Shown here piece after piece: positions 38,803-52,108 of a stretch of DNA of 64,000 nt. Numbering within the stretch: position 1 is the first letter of the stretch; every line of letters starts with the position of its first letter. The notes below the pieces were generated by a model that saw only the letters and a list, made by a program, of their open reading frames with translations, was not told the DNA's origin and made no database searches. The position numbers were made by a program, and so were the translations under genes. The stretch is from the human T2T-CHM13v2.0 reference genome, Homo sapiens: the NCBI RefSeq assembly GCF_009914755.1, contig NC_060935.1. One strand, given 5' to 3'.

Positions 38803-40895
38803 TTTAGAAAGAATAAGACCTACTATTGATAGCCCAGCAAGGTGAATATAGTCAAGAATAACTTCATTGCACATTTTAAAATGATTAAAAGAGTGTAACG
38901 GGATTGTAACACAAAGGATAAATGTTTGAGAGAATCTGATGGCAGTGGTGGCCTGGCTGGAGCAGCTACTGCCATAACGCCAACTGCAATAGGGGAGGTA
39001 CAGCTGGGGCTGTGTACTCCATGGAGCCAGTGGGAGCTGGGAACAGGCAGAAGACCCAACTCCTTCCGAGTTGGCAGAGTAGGAGCCTCATGCTCCCTGG
39101 GTGCAGCTGCAGCCACCCAGCAATGGTTCAACACCTGGGCATCCCTGTGCTCTTGGGGGCAGGGAGCAGGCAGAAGCCTCACCTCCCAGGATGCAGCTGC
39201 AGCCACCCAGGGGTGGTTATGGGCCCACGTATCTCTGCACTGTTGGGTGTCCAGGAAGCCCCTCTGCCCTTGCAGGCTCCGAAGTGCCTGCTCCCGCTCC
39301 CTGGTCTCTCCCCACTCCTGGCACCCACTTTGATTTCAGAGGAAAATTGAGGCCAAGCCCAGGTGCTGTCACAACCCAACTGGGTGTGCACATGCTCAGG
39401 GCAGCACTGACATGCCAGCCCCTGCTGACTCAGCCCCCTCTGGACTTTGGCTGCTGACCAGCACAGAAAGGATGCCGAGGTGGGGCTGAGGGCAGCTCGG
39501 CAAGAGCCTGCAGGCACCGCTTGGCATGAACAGCCTGTGTGCCGTGGGCACCATCGATAGACAGCAGGTTGATGGCAGCAGGAGGCAGATAAGCTCCTGG
39601 GCAGAAAGGAGCAGGTCCCTAGTGAAGCCCTACCATCAGGCCTGGGACAGCCTGAAGCCTGGGGACCAGGCTACCAGTTCCATGGACAAGAGTGAAAACA
39701 CATGGTGCTTTTTCCCACCCCACCCATCACTGCCTGTGGACCAATCAGCATGCACTTCCTCCACTCTTTAGCCCATAAAAACCCCAGACTTCGCCGGACT
39801 TGGGCAGATGTCAGGATGACCTGCCTGTGGAGAGGAGCTCCCCACTGTGGGTCTCCTCTTTGCTTAGAGCTGAACACTCAGGACACTCTGCCTGCAGAGA
39901 GGAGCTTCCCAAGGTGAGTCTCTTCTCTGCTGGGAGCTGAACAGATGCCAGGACAACCTACCTGCGGACAGGAGCTACCCACTGTGGGTCCAATCTCTGC
40001 TGAAAGCTGAACACTTGACACGACACCTTGTCTGTGGAGGGGAGCTACCCACTGTGGGTTTCCTCCCTGCTGAGAGCTGGACACTCATCAGGATGACCTG
40101 CCTGCAGAGAGGAGCTACCCACTGCAGGTCTCCTCTGAGCTGTTCTGTCACTCAGTAAAGCACCTCTTCACCTTGATCATCCTCCGCTTGTCTGTGTACC
40201 TAGACAGGGGACAAGAACTCAGGACCCACCAAATTGTGGAGCTGAAAGAGCTGTAACACAAACAGGGCTGAAACACATCCTTTGCCTGCCATGTTGTGGA
40301 CAATGAGAAGAAGAGAAGAGAGAAGGAGAGAAGAGCTCCAGCCCTTTGGGGAGCCTGGATGTAGACGCTTCCGGAGCCAGGGCTGCCAAACCCTCTTTGA
40401 GGCTCTATGGTTTCTGGCATCTCCAAGCTTCCAAGTGCCACCATGTTCCCCGGTGCCCACCGTGAAAGCCACTTGTGGTACACCTGGTTCAACCACAGGC
40501 TCGCAGGAAGCCAGCACGCACGCTGACACCTGGAGCTGCCCTCCCCACCACAGCTGGTGTGCCTAGCTTTGCGCAGTGCCTGGACCCCATGCTCACTTGC
40601 TCACACACCCCTTGCCATTCTGTGCCTGGCTCAACCTGGCTCAAGTGCAGCCTGCCAGGCCAGATGGGCAGAACAAACCCAGTGGGCCCAAGCAAAACTT
40701 GGGCAAAGGTACCACTAGTCAAAGAGGTTTCCAGCTGGAAAAACGATACCCCAAGTATCTCGTGACAGATGGATACCCTATTCTCCAAGATGTGACTATT
40801 ATTCATTGTATGCCTGTATCAAAACATCTCTTGAATTCCATAAATATATACACTACTATGTACCAACAAAAATTAAAAATAAATTTAAAAACTAA
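38803..40895 (+). mobile_element. 5'-truncated L1MA2-type 3' end split by MER52 (38803-38936, 40768-40895)
   Basis: GTAACACAAAGGATAAATGTTTGAG | GATGGATACCCTATTCTCC...TACTATGTACCAACAAAAATTAAAAAT; flanks share AAAACTA. Confidence 0.8.
38937..40767 (+). mobile_element. MER52-type ERV1 solo LTR with internal ~60-bp tandem units
   Basis: TGATGGCAGTGGTGGCCTGGCTGGAGCAGC start, ...GTGACA end; repeated ACCTGCCTGCAGAGAGGAGCTACCCACTG..GGTCTCCTCT units at 39810-40145. Confidence 0.85.
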
Positions 40896-41437
40896 TAAAA
40901 AATGGATCATTTTAACTTTGTCTCCCTGCTTTTTATCTTTTTGCTGTTTCTGTTTATGTCTTACTGTATTGTCTATGTCTTGAAAAGTTGCAGCTATTAT
41001 TTTTTATTAGTTCATTGTTTCATCTTTCTACTTAAGATATTAGTAGTTTGCATGCCACAGTTGCAGTGTTATAATATTCTGTGTTTTTCTGTGTGCTTAC
41101 TATTACCAGTGAGTTTTGTACTTTTGGAAGATTTCTTACTGCTCATTAACATCCGTTTCCTTCAGGTTGAAGAACTCCCTTTAGCATTTCTTGTAAGACA
41201 GATCTGGTGTTAATGAAATCCCTCAGCTTTTGTTTGTCTGGGAAGGTCTTTATTTCTCCTTCATGCTTGAAAGATATTTTTGCGGATAAACTATTCTAGG
41301 GTAATTTTTTTCCCCCTGTCATGCCACTCTCTCCCGGCCTATAAGGTTCCCATTGAAAAGTATGTTACCAGACATATTGGAGCTCCTTTGTATGTTATTT
41401 GTGTCTTTTCTTTTGTTGTTTTTATGATTTTTTATTT

Positions 41438-41754
<317 letters not shown>

Positions 41755-44700
41755 TATGATTTTTTATTTATCCTTGACTTTTGGTAGTTTAATTTTTAAA
41801 TGTCTTGAGGTAGTCTTCTTTGGGTTAAATCTGCTTGGTATTCTGTAACCTTCTAGGACTTGAATGTTTATATCTTTCTCTAGATTTGGGAAGTTCTCTG
41901 TTACTATCTCTTTGAATACACTTTCTACCCCAAACTCTCTATCTTCCTCCAATTTAAGGCTAATAATACTTAGATTTACCCTTATGAGGGTATTTCTACA
42001 TCTTAGGCATGCTTCATTCTTTTTTGTATGTTTGTTTCCTCTGACTGTGAATTTTCAAATAGCCTGTCTTCAAGCTCACGATTTCTTTCTTCTTTTTGAT
42101 CAATTCTGCTGTTGAGATGCTGTGATGCATTCTTTAGTATGTCAGTTGAATTTTTCAGCTCCAGAATTTCTGCTTGCTTCTTTTTAATTATTCAGTCTCT
42201 GTTAAGTTTGTCTAATAGGATTGTGAATTCCTTCTCCGTATTTTCTTGAATTAGATTGAGCTTCCTCAAAGAAGCTATTTTGGATTGTCTGAAAGGTTAC
42301 ATATTTTTGTCACTCTGGGTTTAGTCACTGGTGTTTTGTTCAAGTCATGTTTTCCTGGAGGTTTTGATGTTTATGGATGTTTGTCATTGTCTGGGCATTG
42401 AAGAGCTCGGGATTTCTTGTATTCTTCACAATTTTATGCTTGTTTGTACCTGTCTTTCTTGGGAAGTCTTTCCAAGTATTCAAAGAGACTTGGGCCCCAA
42501 TCTCAGTAATGCTGTGCTTCCTGGAGACTCACAGAGGTACCACTATGGTGGTCTTGGATAAAATTCAGAAGAATTCTCTGGATTACCAGGCAGATACTCT
42601 TGCTCTCTTGCTCTCTTCATTTTCTCCCAAACAGAGTCTCTCTCTTTGCGCTGAGCCACCTGGAGCTGGGGGTAGGGTAACACAAGCACCACTATAGCCA
42701 TGACGACTGGAACTGCCCTGGGTCAGATCTGAAGAGAATAGAGCACTGTACCTTGTCCAAGACCACTGTAACCACTGCTTGGCTACCACCTGTGTTCATA
42801 TGAGGTCCTAAGGCTCTAGAATCAGCAGATGGCAAAGCCATTCAGGTTTGTGTTCTTCCCTTCAGTGTGACAAGTTGCTCTAGGCTCAAGAAGTTTCAGT
42901 GATGCTATCTGAAAGCCAGGGACTGAAGTAAAAAAAACCATCAAAATTTTCCTGGTATTCTATTCTACTGTCACTAAGCTGGCCCTCAAACAACACAAAG
43001 TCCTTCCCCCTCTTTCCTCTCTTTTCCACAGGCAAAGGAGGCTCTCTCCATGATCATCACCACCACCACTGGCCCATGGGGCATTCTGGCAGGCCACTGC
43101 CAACATTTTCTTAGACTCAGGGGCTCTTCAGTCAGCTTGTGGAGGATGCTGTCAGATCTGAGACTCACCCTTCAGGACAGAAGGCTCTCCTCTGGCCCAG
43201 GGAATGTCCAGAAATGCTGTCCAAGAGCCTTGGCCTGGACTCAGGAACCCCAATAGCCTGCTTGGTGTTCTATCCTACTGTAGCCAAGCTGGTCCCTGAG
43301 GCCAGCACATCTCAGTCCAACCTAAGGCCCAAAGCATACTACCTGGCTATTACTGTTGGTTATTCAGGGCCCAAGGGCACTTTAGCCATCAGGTGACATA
43401 TACTGCCAGGACTACATCCTTCCCTTCAAGGCAGGTGGGTTCCCTTCTGGCCCAGAATGTGTCTAGAAATGTTGTCTGGGAGCTCGGGCCTGGTATGGGG
43501 GCTAGCTGCCTGTCACCCCATCCTAGTGTGCCTAAGCTGGTATCCAAGATGCAAGACAACGTCCTCTTTACTCTTCTCCTCTTCTCAAGCAGAGGAAAGG
43601 AGTCACTTTCATTGCTAGAAGCTGCACTGCCTGGAGGCGAGGATGGCACAAGTACTCCCTGAGCCATCCCATCTGGTGTCTCACTAGGTCACACATTGCC
43701 CCAGTCCACTGGCTCTAGGCCCACAACGGCCTCAAGGCTTGCCTAAGAATTACAGTCCTTGTGTCCCAGACTGCCTTTCAAGTTCATTTATGATCCCAGA
43801 GCACTTTATCTCATGGTGGCGAGCCTTGCTAAGAAATTCAAATTCTAAATGCTGGGAAGGGCTCTTCCTCTCTTGCTGTTCTGGTCCAGATGCTTTCTCT
43901 GTGGGACTGGGCAGCACTGAGTTCAATGCAAATCCCTCCAGCTGCTGTGCTCTTCCTCCCCCAAGTGCACAGATTCTCTCTTGGCACCATGCAGCTGCTG
44001 CCGGAGGTTGGAAGAGGGGTGGAAGAGGGGTGTCTTTCCCAGCCTCTTCAGTGCCTCTTTCAGTAATATAAAATTAAAACCAGGTATTGTGATTGCTCAC
44101 CTGATTTTTTATTCTTATGAAGGTGCATTTTTGTATGTAGACAGCTGTTAAAATTTGGTGTTCCTCTTACGAGGACAATCAGTGGAGGCTTCTTTTCTGC
44201 TGTCTTTCTCCACACTCAAGGCTTTATTTGTAATCCTCTATCAATTTCTTACGTCTAGAGGAAAGATAATTTTGAGACTCTCTTCTTCTTCATAATTTTT
44301 TTTTAAACTTCTCAATTTTACTTGTCAAACGGCACTGTAAAGTGTTAAATCCAAAGGCGTCCAGGAAATATTCAAGAGGTAGTTATTTCCTGAGTAGCCT
44401 TCTCTGTTCTATTCCCACCCTCCTGCTTTCTAACTTTGGTCTCTAAGTGTTTTCATTTGTTTTTCTATTTTAAAGCAGTAACCGTAATAAATAATGTCCT
44501 GGAACCAGTGTCTAGCTGAATATTAATAATAATACTTTCCATTTGCATATGCTTTATGAGAAGCTCTTTCTCACATCTTGTCTGATTCTCAAAATACCTC
44601 TATAGAATAAATGGGGCATCAATAAAAGAGCCAAGTAATACCAAACCATCTAGTCTGATGGGGTGAATGCATTATGGATATCAAAGGATCAGGTTTTACC

Positions 44701-45897
44701 CTAAGTTGAGTGGAGACTAAAATTTTAAAAATCTGTATGTACAAAATTGAACAAGAGAGTAAGACCCAATACACAGCAACATAAAAGAGCTAGAGAAATT
44801 TTAGAAGAGAACACAGCTGACTCAGGCATTGCTCTCCCTTTCTCTCCATTCTTTACATATATTTCCTATAAATATAAATTTATAGGTGTTTGTATATCAT
44901 TTTAGTTTTAAAATACACAGCATGCATGTAAAAATAATTTTAAAGATAGTGTTTCAAAATGCAGCATACAGAGCCTCTGAAATTTTTAATTAGCTGGTTG
45001 TACAGTTTAACATTTTCTAGCTGGAAATTGCATGGTATAATTAAGAGGATTTAAAGCATAATTTAACAAAATATTACTCTATACTTGACATTTTTTAAAA
45101 TGACAAATTAAAATAGAAATCATGCCCTTGTTTTGCAGATAAGGATGCTGAAGCTAAAAACAATGTCCAAGGCCAAATAACTGACAAGAAGAAGGCCAAG
45201 GCATCTAGAAACCATGTCTTCTGATTCACAGTTGATCATATTTTTCTATCACCTTTGATAAGGCATAAAATATTATTTTGATGAGTAAATAAAAAGACTT
45301 TGGACACCTGCTGTTTGTCTAATTTATGGTTTCCTTCTCTTTTCTCTAGTTGATATGACTATATTAAGCCAAGAAAAAAGTTAGATTTGACAAACGGATT
45401 TTAACAATTTTATGCACAGAATATTTTTTAAAGTTATTTTTACGAGTCTACAGTTTTACAAGTTTAATGACATGTTCAGAGGGACTAGAAAATTTACAAA
45501 TAACATGATTTATAAAATCCATGATTTCCCAGGAATATTTTTGCCACCACATGGGGGTGTAGTGTTCTTAATATGTACTTTGCAGGAATTCTGAGCATCT
45601 CAGCTGAGCAAGCCTGGGGAGCAGCAGGGAGAACTGGATTTTATGTGCAAGTTTGTCTTATCTGCACCAAGCATGAGGCCAGGAATAGGAGTCGATCTTA
45701 ATTCATCCTCCAAGTGTCTCAAATATAAAATTGGCTTTGTGATATTAATTTGTTTAAATTGTTCAATCTCAGGAAAAACTTCACAGTATGTATGAGTTAC
45801 CCACATACAGCAGCAATTTCAACAAAAGCAGCCATATTAGTATGTGCCATGCTATATTCTCCAGTCCAAGAAGGTTATTAGAAAATTGTTTAATTGA

Positions 45898-46173
45898 GGC
45901 CAGGCGCCATGACTCACGCCTGTATTCCTAGCACTTTGAGGCCGAGGCGGGCGGATCACGAGGTCAGGAGATCAAGACCATCCTGGCTAACACTGTGAAA
46001 CCCCGTCTCTACTAAAAAAATACGAAAAACTAGCCGGGTGTGGTGGCGGGCGCCTGTAGTCCCAGCTACGCAGGAGGCTGAGGCAGGAGAATGGCGTGAA
46101 GGGCGCTTGCAGTGAGCGGAGATGCACCACTGCACTCCACCCTGGGAGACAGAGTGAGACTCCGTCTAAAAAA
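45898..46173 (+). mobile_element. AluY with small internal deletions and short tail
   Basis: GATCACGAGGTCAGGAGATC, GAATGGCGTGAA; TSD AATTG[T/C]TTAATTGA. Confidence 0.93.
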
Positions 46174-46825
46174 TAATTGCTTAATTGAGAAAAAGTTGCT
46201 TTTGTCGCTGGAATTACTGTGAGATAATTGACCGTGATGGGAGCTGTGTCCCCCAGATGAAAGCAAATCATGGGAGCCAGGGTCAATCATATTAATGTCT
46301 GCAGTGAAAAGAGGTGTTGTGATCATCATAAGACATAACCATAAAATACTTAAAGTCTTAAATGGCCAAAGCCTTTAAACTACATTATAATGATTACAGA
46401 TCCAATAAAGTTTAATTAAAACAAAACTACTACATTGAACATCCATAATGATTAGAAAGGTTTCTAATTGGGGACAAATTTGGTATTGAGAACACATCAA
46501 AAGAATTTCCCACGTTCTTTGTTACATCTGTTTGTGCTGGTTTTCTGCTTCTGCATCTGTACAGGGCACATTTCTAAAAAACTGACCAGTTTAAAAATTA
46601 CTTTTTAAGTTTATAATGCTCATTTTAGGTAAGTCATTAACTCTTTCCATAATTTAGGTGATCATTTAATGTTTTAGGGATTGGGAAGCACAGCTTACTT
46701 TTAGTTAAAAAAAAAAAGCAAAAAAAAAAAAAGCATGAGCTTTGGAATCAGGCAGCCTGGGGATTCTAGGCTAGAATTCTAGGTTTCTCATGTACTAATT
46801 GTGCAATTTAACTGCATAATCTCTC

Positions 46826-47707
<882 letters not shown>

Positions 47708-48339
47708 CTTTTTCCTTGTTTCTAAGTGGAGATATGAATCAACTCTTGTCCAACAAAATTGTAAAGATAAAATGAAATATACATAAAGAATATAATGCAG
47801 TGTAGAATATATTGTAGATGCTCAATAAATAGCTAGTGCTGATCTTATTTTTAACAGTAACCAATAATTGTGAAGTTGAATGTATATTCTCTATTAAAAC
47901 CCAACAACCATCCAATCAATTTATCACTTAGGGAGCTATTCTGTGTCTTCTTTAATGAAAGCTGTTTTGTTTTCTTCTTTACAAAAATAGGAGACTATGA
48001 ATAGAGAGATTAAACACTAGAAAAATTAATTCTCTAATACTGTCAATTATATGTTTACTTGGACTTTGATATGAGGGCCCTGAAAACGCAGTAAGTTATA
48101 TATTTCTGATAAGCACAATCCTCCACAAAGAGCACATGGGCAGGCAGTGATTTAGACTCAGGGTTCTAACATTTTACACCTTACACTACATGACTACCCT
48201 ATGAAATATCTGAAATGAAACTATGATTCCAATAGAAAGCAAAAGCTTGCCTTTTTGAGGATATAAATGTGCCTTTAGGTTTTACATTTAAAGTTACGAG
48301 TAATCATCAAAAGCATTGATGTTTGACAAATGACTATGT

Positions 48340-48670
48340 TGCACAGGTCTGCCTCGACTAGCCCATAAAGGAGTCCTTACTACCTCAAGCATTCTCTGCC
48401 ACATCTTAAGTTTTTATTGTCCTTAAGGCATGTTTCTCTATCTGAAATGTTGCTTTCTGACTTCTTCATGAGAACAGAGACCTAGGCTATCCTGTTCTGC
48501 TTTATGTCTAGTATTTCCTAGAACAGAGCCTGATAGATAACTAAATGATCACACAGGTACAGAAAAGCATGCATATAAAAGTGGTAGATGTGAGAATTAA
48601 ATGACATGATATACTCAAACTACTTTTAAAAATGCATTTTACTATGGTAGCAATTATTATTGTTGTTTGC
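48340..48670 (+). mobile_element. L2 3' end plus MIR 3' relic
   Basis: CTTCATGAGAACAGAGACCT...CCTAGAACAGAGCCTGA; GTGAGAATTAAATGACATGAT. Confidence 0.6.
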
Positions 48671-48930
48671 ATTATTATTGCTACTATTAAGAATGATGGA
48701 TACAGTGGTTCACACACAGTAAATATTTTGGTGATGACAAATATTATTATTTTTCAAATTGACTAGTCTTTGCCATACATGCCTGCACTTAGGACAAGAC
48801 TGGCAGCCTTTGCATTCAGACTGTGACTACTGCCAACTTTATGTTTACAGTGACTTTGCCAGCCAGAATTTGTAGCTTGGAATGATATCTCTCAAATATT
48901 AGAGGCAATAATGTCTCAGATTCCAGAACA

Positions 48931-48958
48931 AAATGCCAAGTGCTAAATGCCAAGTGCT
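48931..48958. repeat. Perfect 14-bp tandem duplication
   Basis: AAATGCCAAGTGCT x2. Confidence 0.9.
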
Positions 48959-50023
48959 AAACAAATCAGAAAAGGCAAAAGGAAAACCCACGTACTTCCA
49001 CTTCCAAGAACATGAAGTAGAAGAGATTTTCTCAATTCTTCCTACTATGTACAAATAAAACCCCTGGGCATTATATATAAAACAAGCATGAGAATACTCT
49101 AAAAGTTGGAAGGAAGCAGTTAAAACAACTAGTGACCCTGGGACCCAAGGAACAACATAGCAGTAACTTCTCTAGGTTTTCTTTTGCTTCAAATATTCCA
49201 GGGTTGAAGCTGAACAAGCCCAAAACTCAGAAACATCAACAGAGGCACACAAGAACAGCCCTAACTAAAGCCTGTCTTCTTTAGCCAAAGGTCCAGGAAA
49301 AGGCAGAAAGAACATTTTTACATTATAACTGTCCTCCTCCAGAAAAACACTGCACAACAATCTGTGACCCTAACCCCACCCAAAAAGACCAAATGAGAGC
49401 CTGGAGTTGTACCCTTGTCAGCCTGTAAGGAGGTTCCCCATCCCCCTTGCTCAGACAGTATCAGAAGGAGCCTAGTAGGGAGCTGAAACTTTCATAGACA
49501 CTAGGCAGTAGTAAAGCCATCCCTCCAACATTGTAACCGTGGAGAAAAATTAGGGAGCTTAGATCTCCACTCCCACCTGATGGCAACAATATCCATCCCT
49601 TTCCTGGCTAGGGTGGTATCAGAAGAGGCCTTCTGGAGAGTCAGAACTTTCATACCTGCCCAAGAGTAAAAGTATTGCACCTTCCCACCTTTGCCCCTCA
49701 TTGTGTCAGTAGAGGCCACATGCACAGTAGCAGTAAAAGTGTATTACTACCCCTTCCAGCCACAGAGCTAACAATGGAGGCTTAGTGGGAAACGGGAACT
49801 CCCACTTCCACTCAGCAGTATTGAGGAGCCATGCCCCCTTGAGTGTCAACAGAGACAGCATGGGAAACTGGGAATTTTATCCCCATTTGACAGTGATAAG
49901 GCAGTATCCACTCCTCCCTTTCTCCTGCCCCAAAATGTACAGAATTACATAGAAAATCAGTCATATTACCAAGAACCAAAAAGACCTAAAGTAGAGAAAA
50001 AAAAATAGAGAATCAATAAATGC

Positions 50024-50473
50024 TGATATCGTTTAGATCTGCGTCTCCACCCAAATCTCATGTTCAACTGTAATCTCCAGTGTTGAAGGAGGGGCCTGGT
50101 GGGAGGTGAGTGGATCATGGGAGTGGTTTCTTATGAATGACTTAGCACCATCTCTTTGGTGCTGTTCTCATGATAAATTCCTCAAGAGATCGGGTTGGTT
50201 GTTTTAAAGTGTGTAGCCTCCCCCCATCTCTGTCTTCCTCCTGCTCCAGCAATATGAATTAACTGGCTCCTCCTTTGCCTGTCACAGTGATTGTAATTAC
50301 TGGCTCCAACTTTGCCTTTCATCATGATTGAGGCCTCCTCAGAAGCCAAGCAGATGCTAGCATCATGCTTCATATACAGCCTGCAGAACCATGAGACATT
50401 CAAACATTTTTTTTTAAATAAATTACCAAGTCTCAGGTATTTCTTTACAGCAGTGTGAGAATGAACTAATACA
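50024..50473 (+). mobile_element. MST (A/B) solo LTR
   Basis: TGATATCGTTTAGATCTG...GAACTAATACA; TSD AATGC at 50019 and 50474. Confidence 0.92.
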
Positions 50474-51772
50474 AATGCCAATACCAAGGTGAAAGTTAAT
50501 GTCATAAAAATGCTTCAAAGAGCAATTTTGAACATACTTGAAACAAATGGAAACATAGAAAGTCTCTGCAAAGAAAGAAAGTTTCAATAAAAATAAAAGG
50601 TATGCAAAAACCAAACTGGAATTTTAGAAATGAAAAACACGATAAATGAAATACCATACAAAACTCCATGGATGGGTTCTGTAAATGAATAAAAGAGACA
50701 AAAGAAACAATCAGTGAACTGGAAGATAAAGCAATATGAATTAAAACAATATATTGACCTAAAAAATCACAAGAGCCTCAGGGATCTGTAGCATTATTTA
50801 AAAAATCTAGTATTTGTGTCATCAGGGTTCCAGAATGAAAGGAGAAAGAGTGGAGAATGAAAAAAGCACTCAAAGAAAACATGGCTGAAAATGCTTTGAA
50901 ATAACCAAACAAATCATAACAAACAGATTCAAGAAGCTGAGCAAAACCCAAATAGGATAAATGGAAAGAAATCTGTGCAGGCAATGATACATTATAGTCA
51001 ATTTTATGAAAACTAAAGATAAAAAATTCATGAAAGCAGCAAGAGAGAAATGACATTTTACCTATAGGGAAAAATCACTTTGAATGACAGCAGATTTCTC
51101 ATCAGAAAACATTTTAGAGGTTATATGGAAGTGATACAATATTTTCGACTGCTGAAAGAAAAGAACTGTCAACCAAGAATACTATACTCAGTGAAAATAT
51201 TCTTCAGGAATTAAAAGGAATTTAAGACATTCTCAGATAAAGGAAAACTAAGAGAATTTGTCACCAGAGGACCTATGATAAAATGGCTTCTAGAGAAAGA
51301 TTTCTAAACAGCAAGAAAATAAGGAAAGAAGAATGCTTCGAACATCAAAAAATAATGATAAGAAAAAGCCATAGTAAACCTTCTGGGCAAATACAGTAGA
51401 TTTTCCTTCTTCTCTTGGATTTCCTACATTATATTTGATGGTAGAAACTTAAATAGCAACAGTCTAATGTAGATGAAATATTTTTTAAAAAATATATAGG
51501 GAAGACTAAGGGAATATAAATGAAAATAAGGTTTCTATGCTTCACTCAAACTGGTAGAAAGACAACACAGTACACTGTCATATATAATGTGATATTAATA
51601 CTTAGCCCAACACCTAAGAGGAGGAATTAAACAAAAAGGTGGACCCAAACATACTCTAGGAAAATAAAACGGGATTGCAAAAATTGTTCAAGTAACCCAC
51701 TGGAAGGCAAAATAAAAAAGCAGAGAAATAAAAAACAGAGAGAACAAATAGAAAATTAGAAATAAAACAGAA

Positions 51773-52108
<336 letters not shown>

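Noticed and set aside
39810-40145. CRISPR-like array
   Set aside because: Units are contiguous diverged tandem repeats without unique spacers, inside a primate LTR, with no cas genes.
38823-40983. Cluster of overlapping 100-135 aa ORFs as a gene or operon
   Set aside because: All lie in the GC-rich MER52 LTR on both strands and several frames, as expected from low stop-codon density; no recognisable domain.
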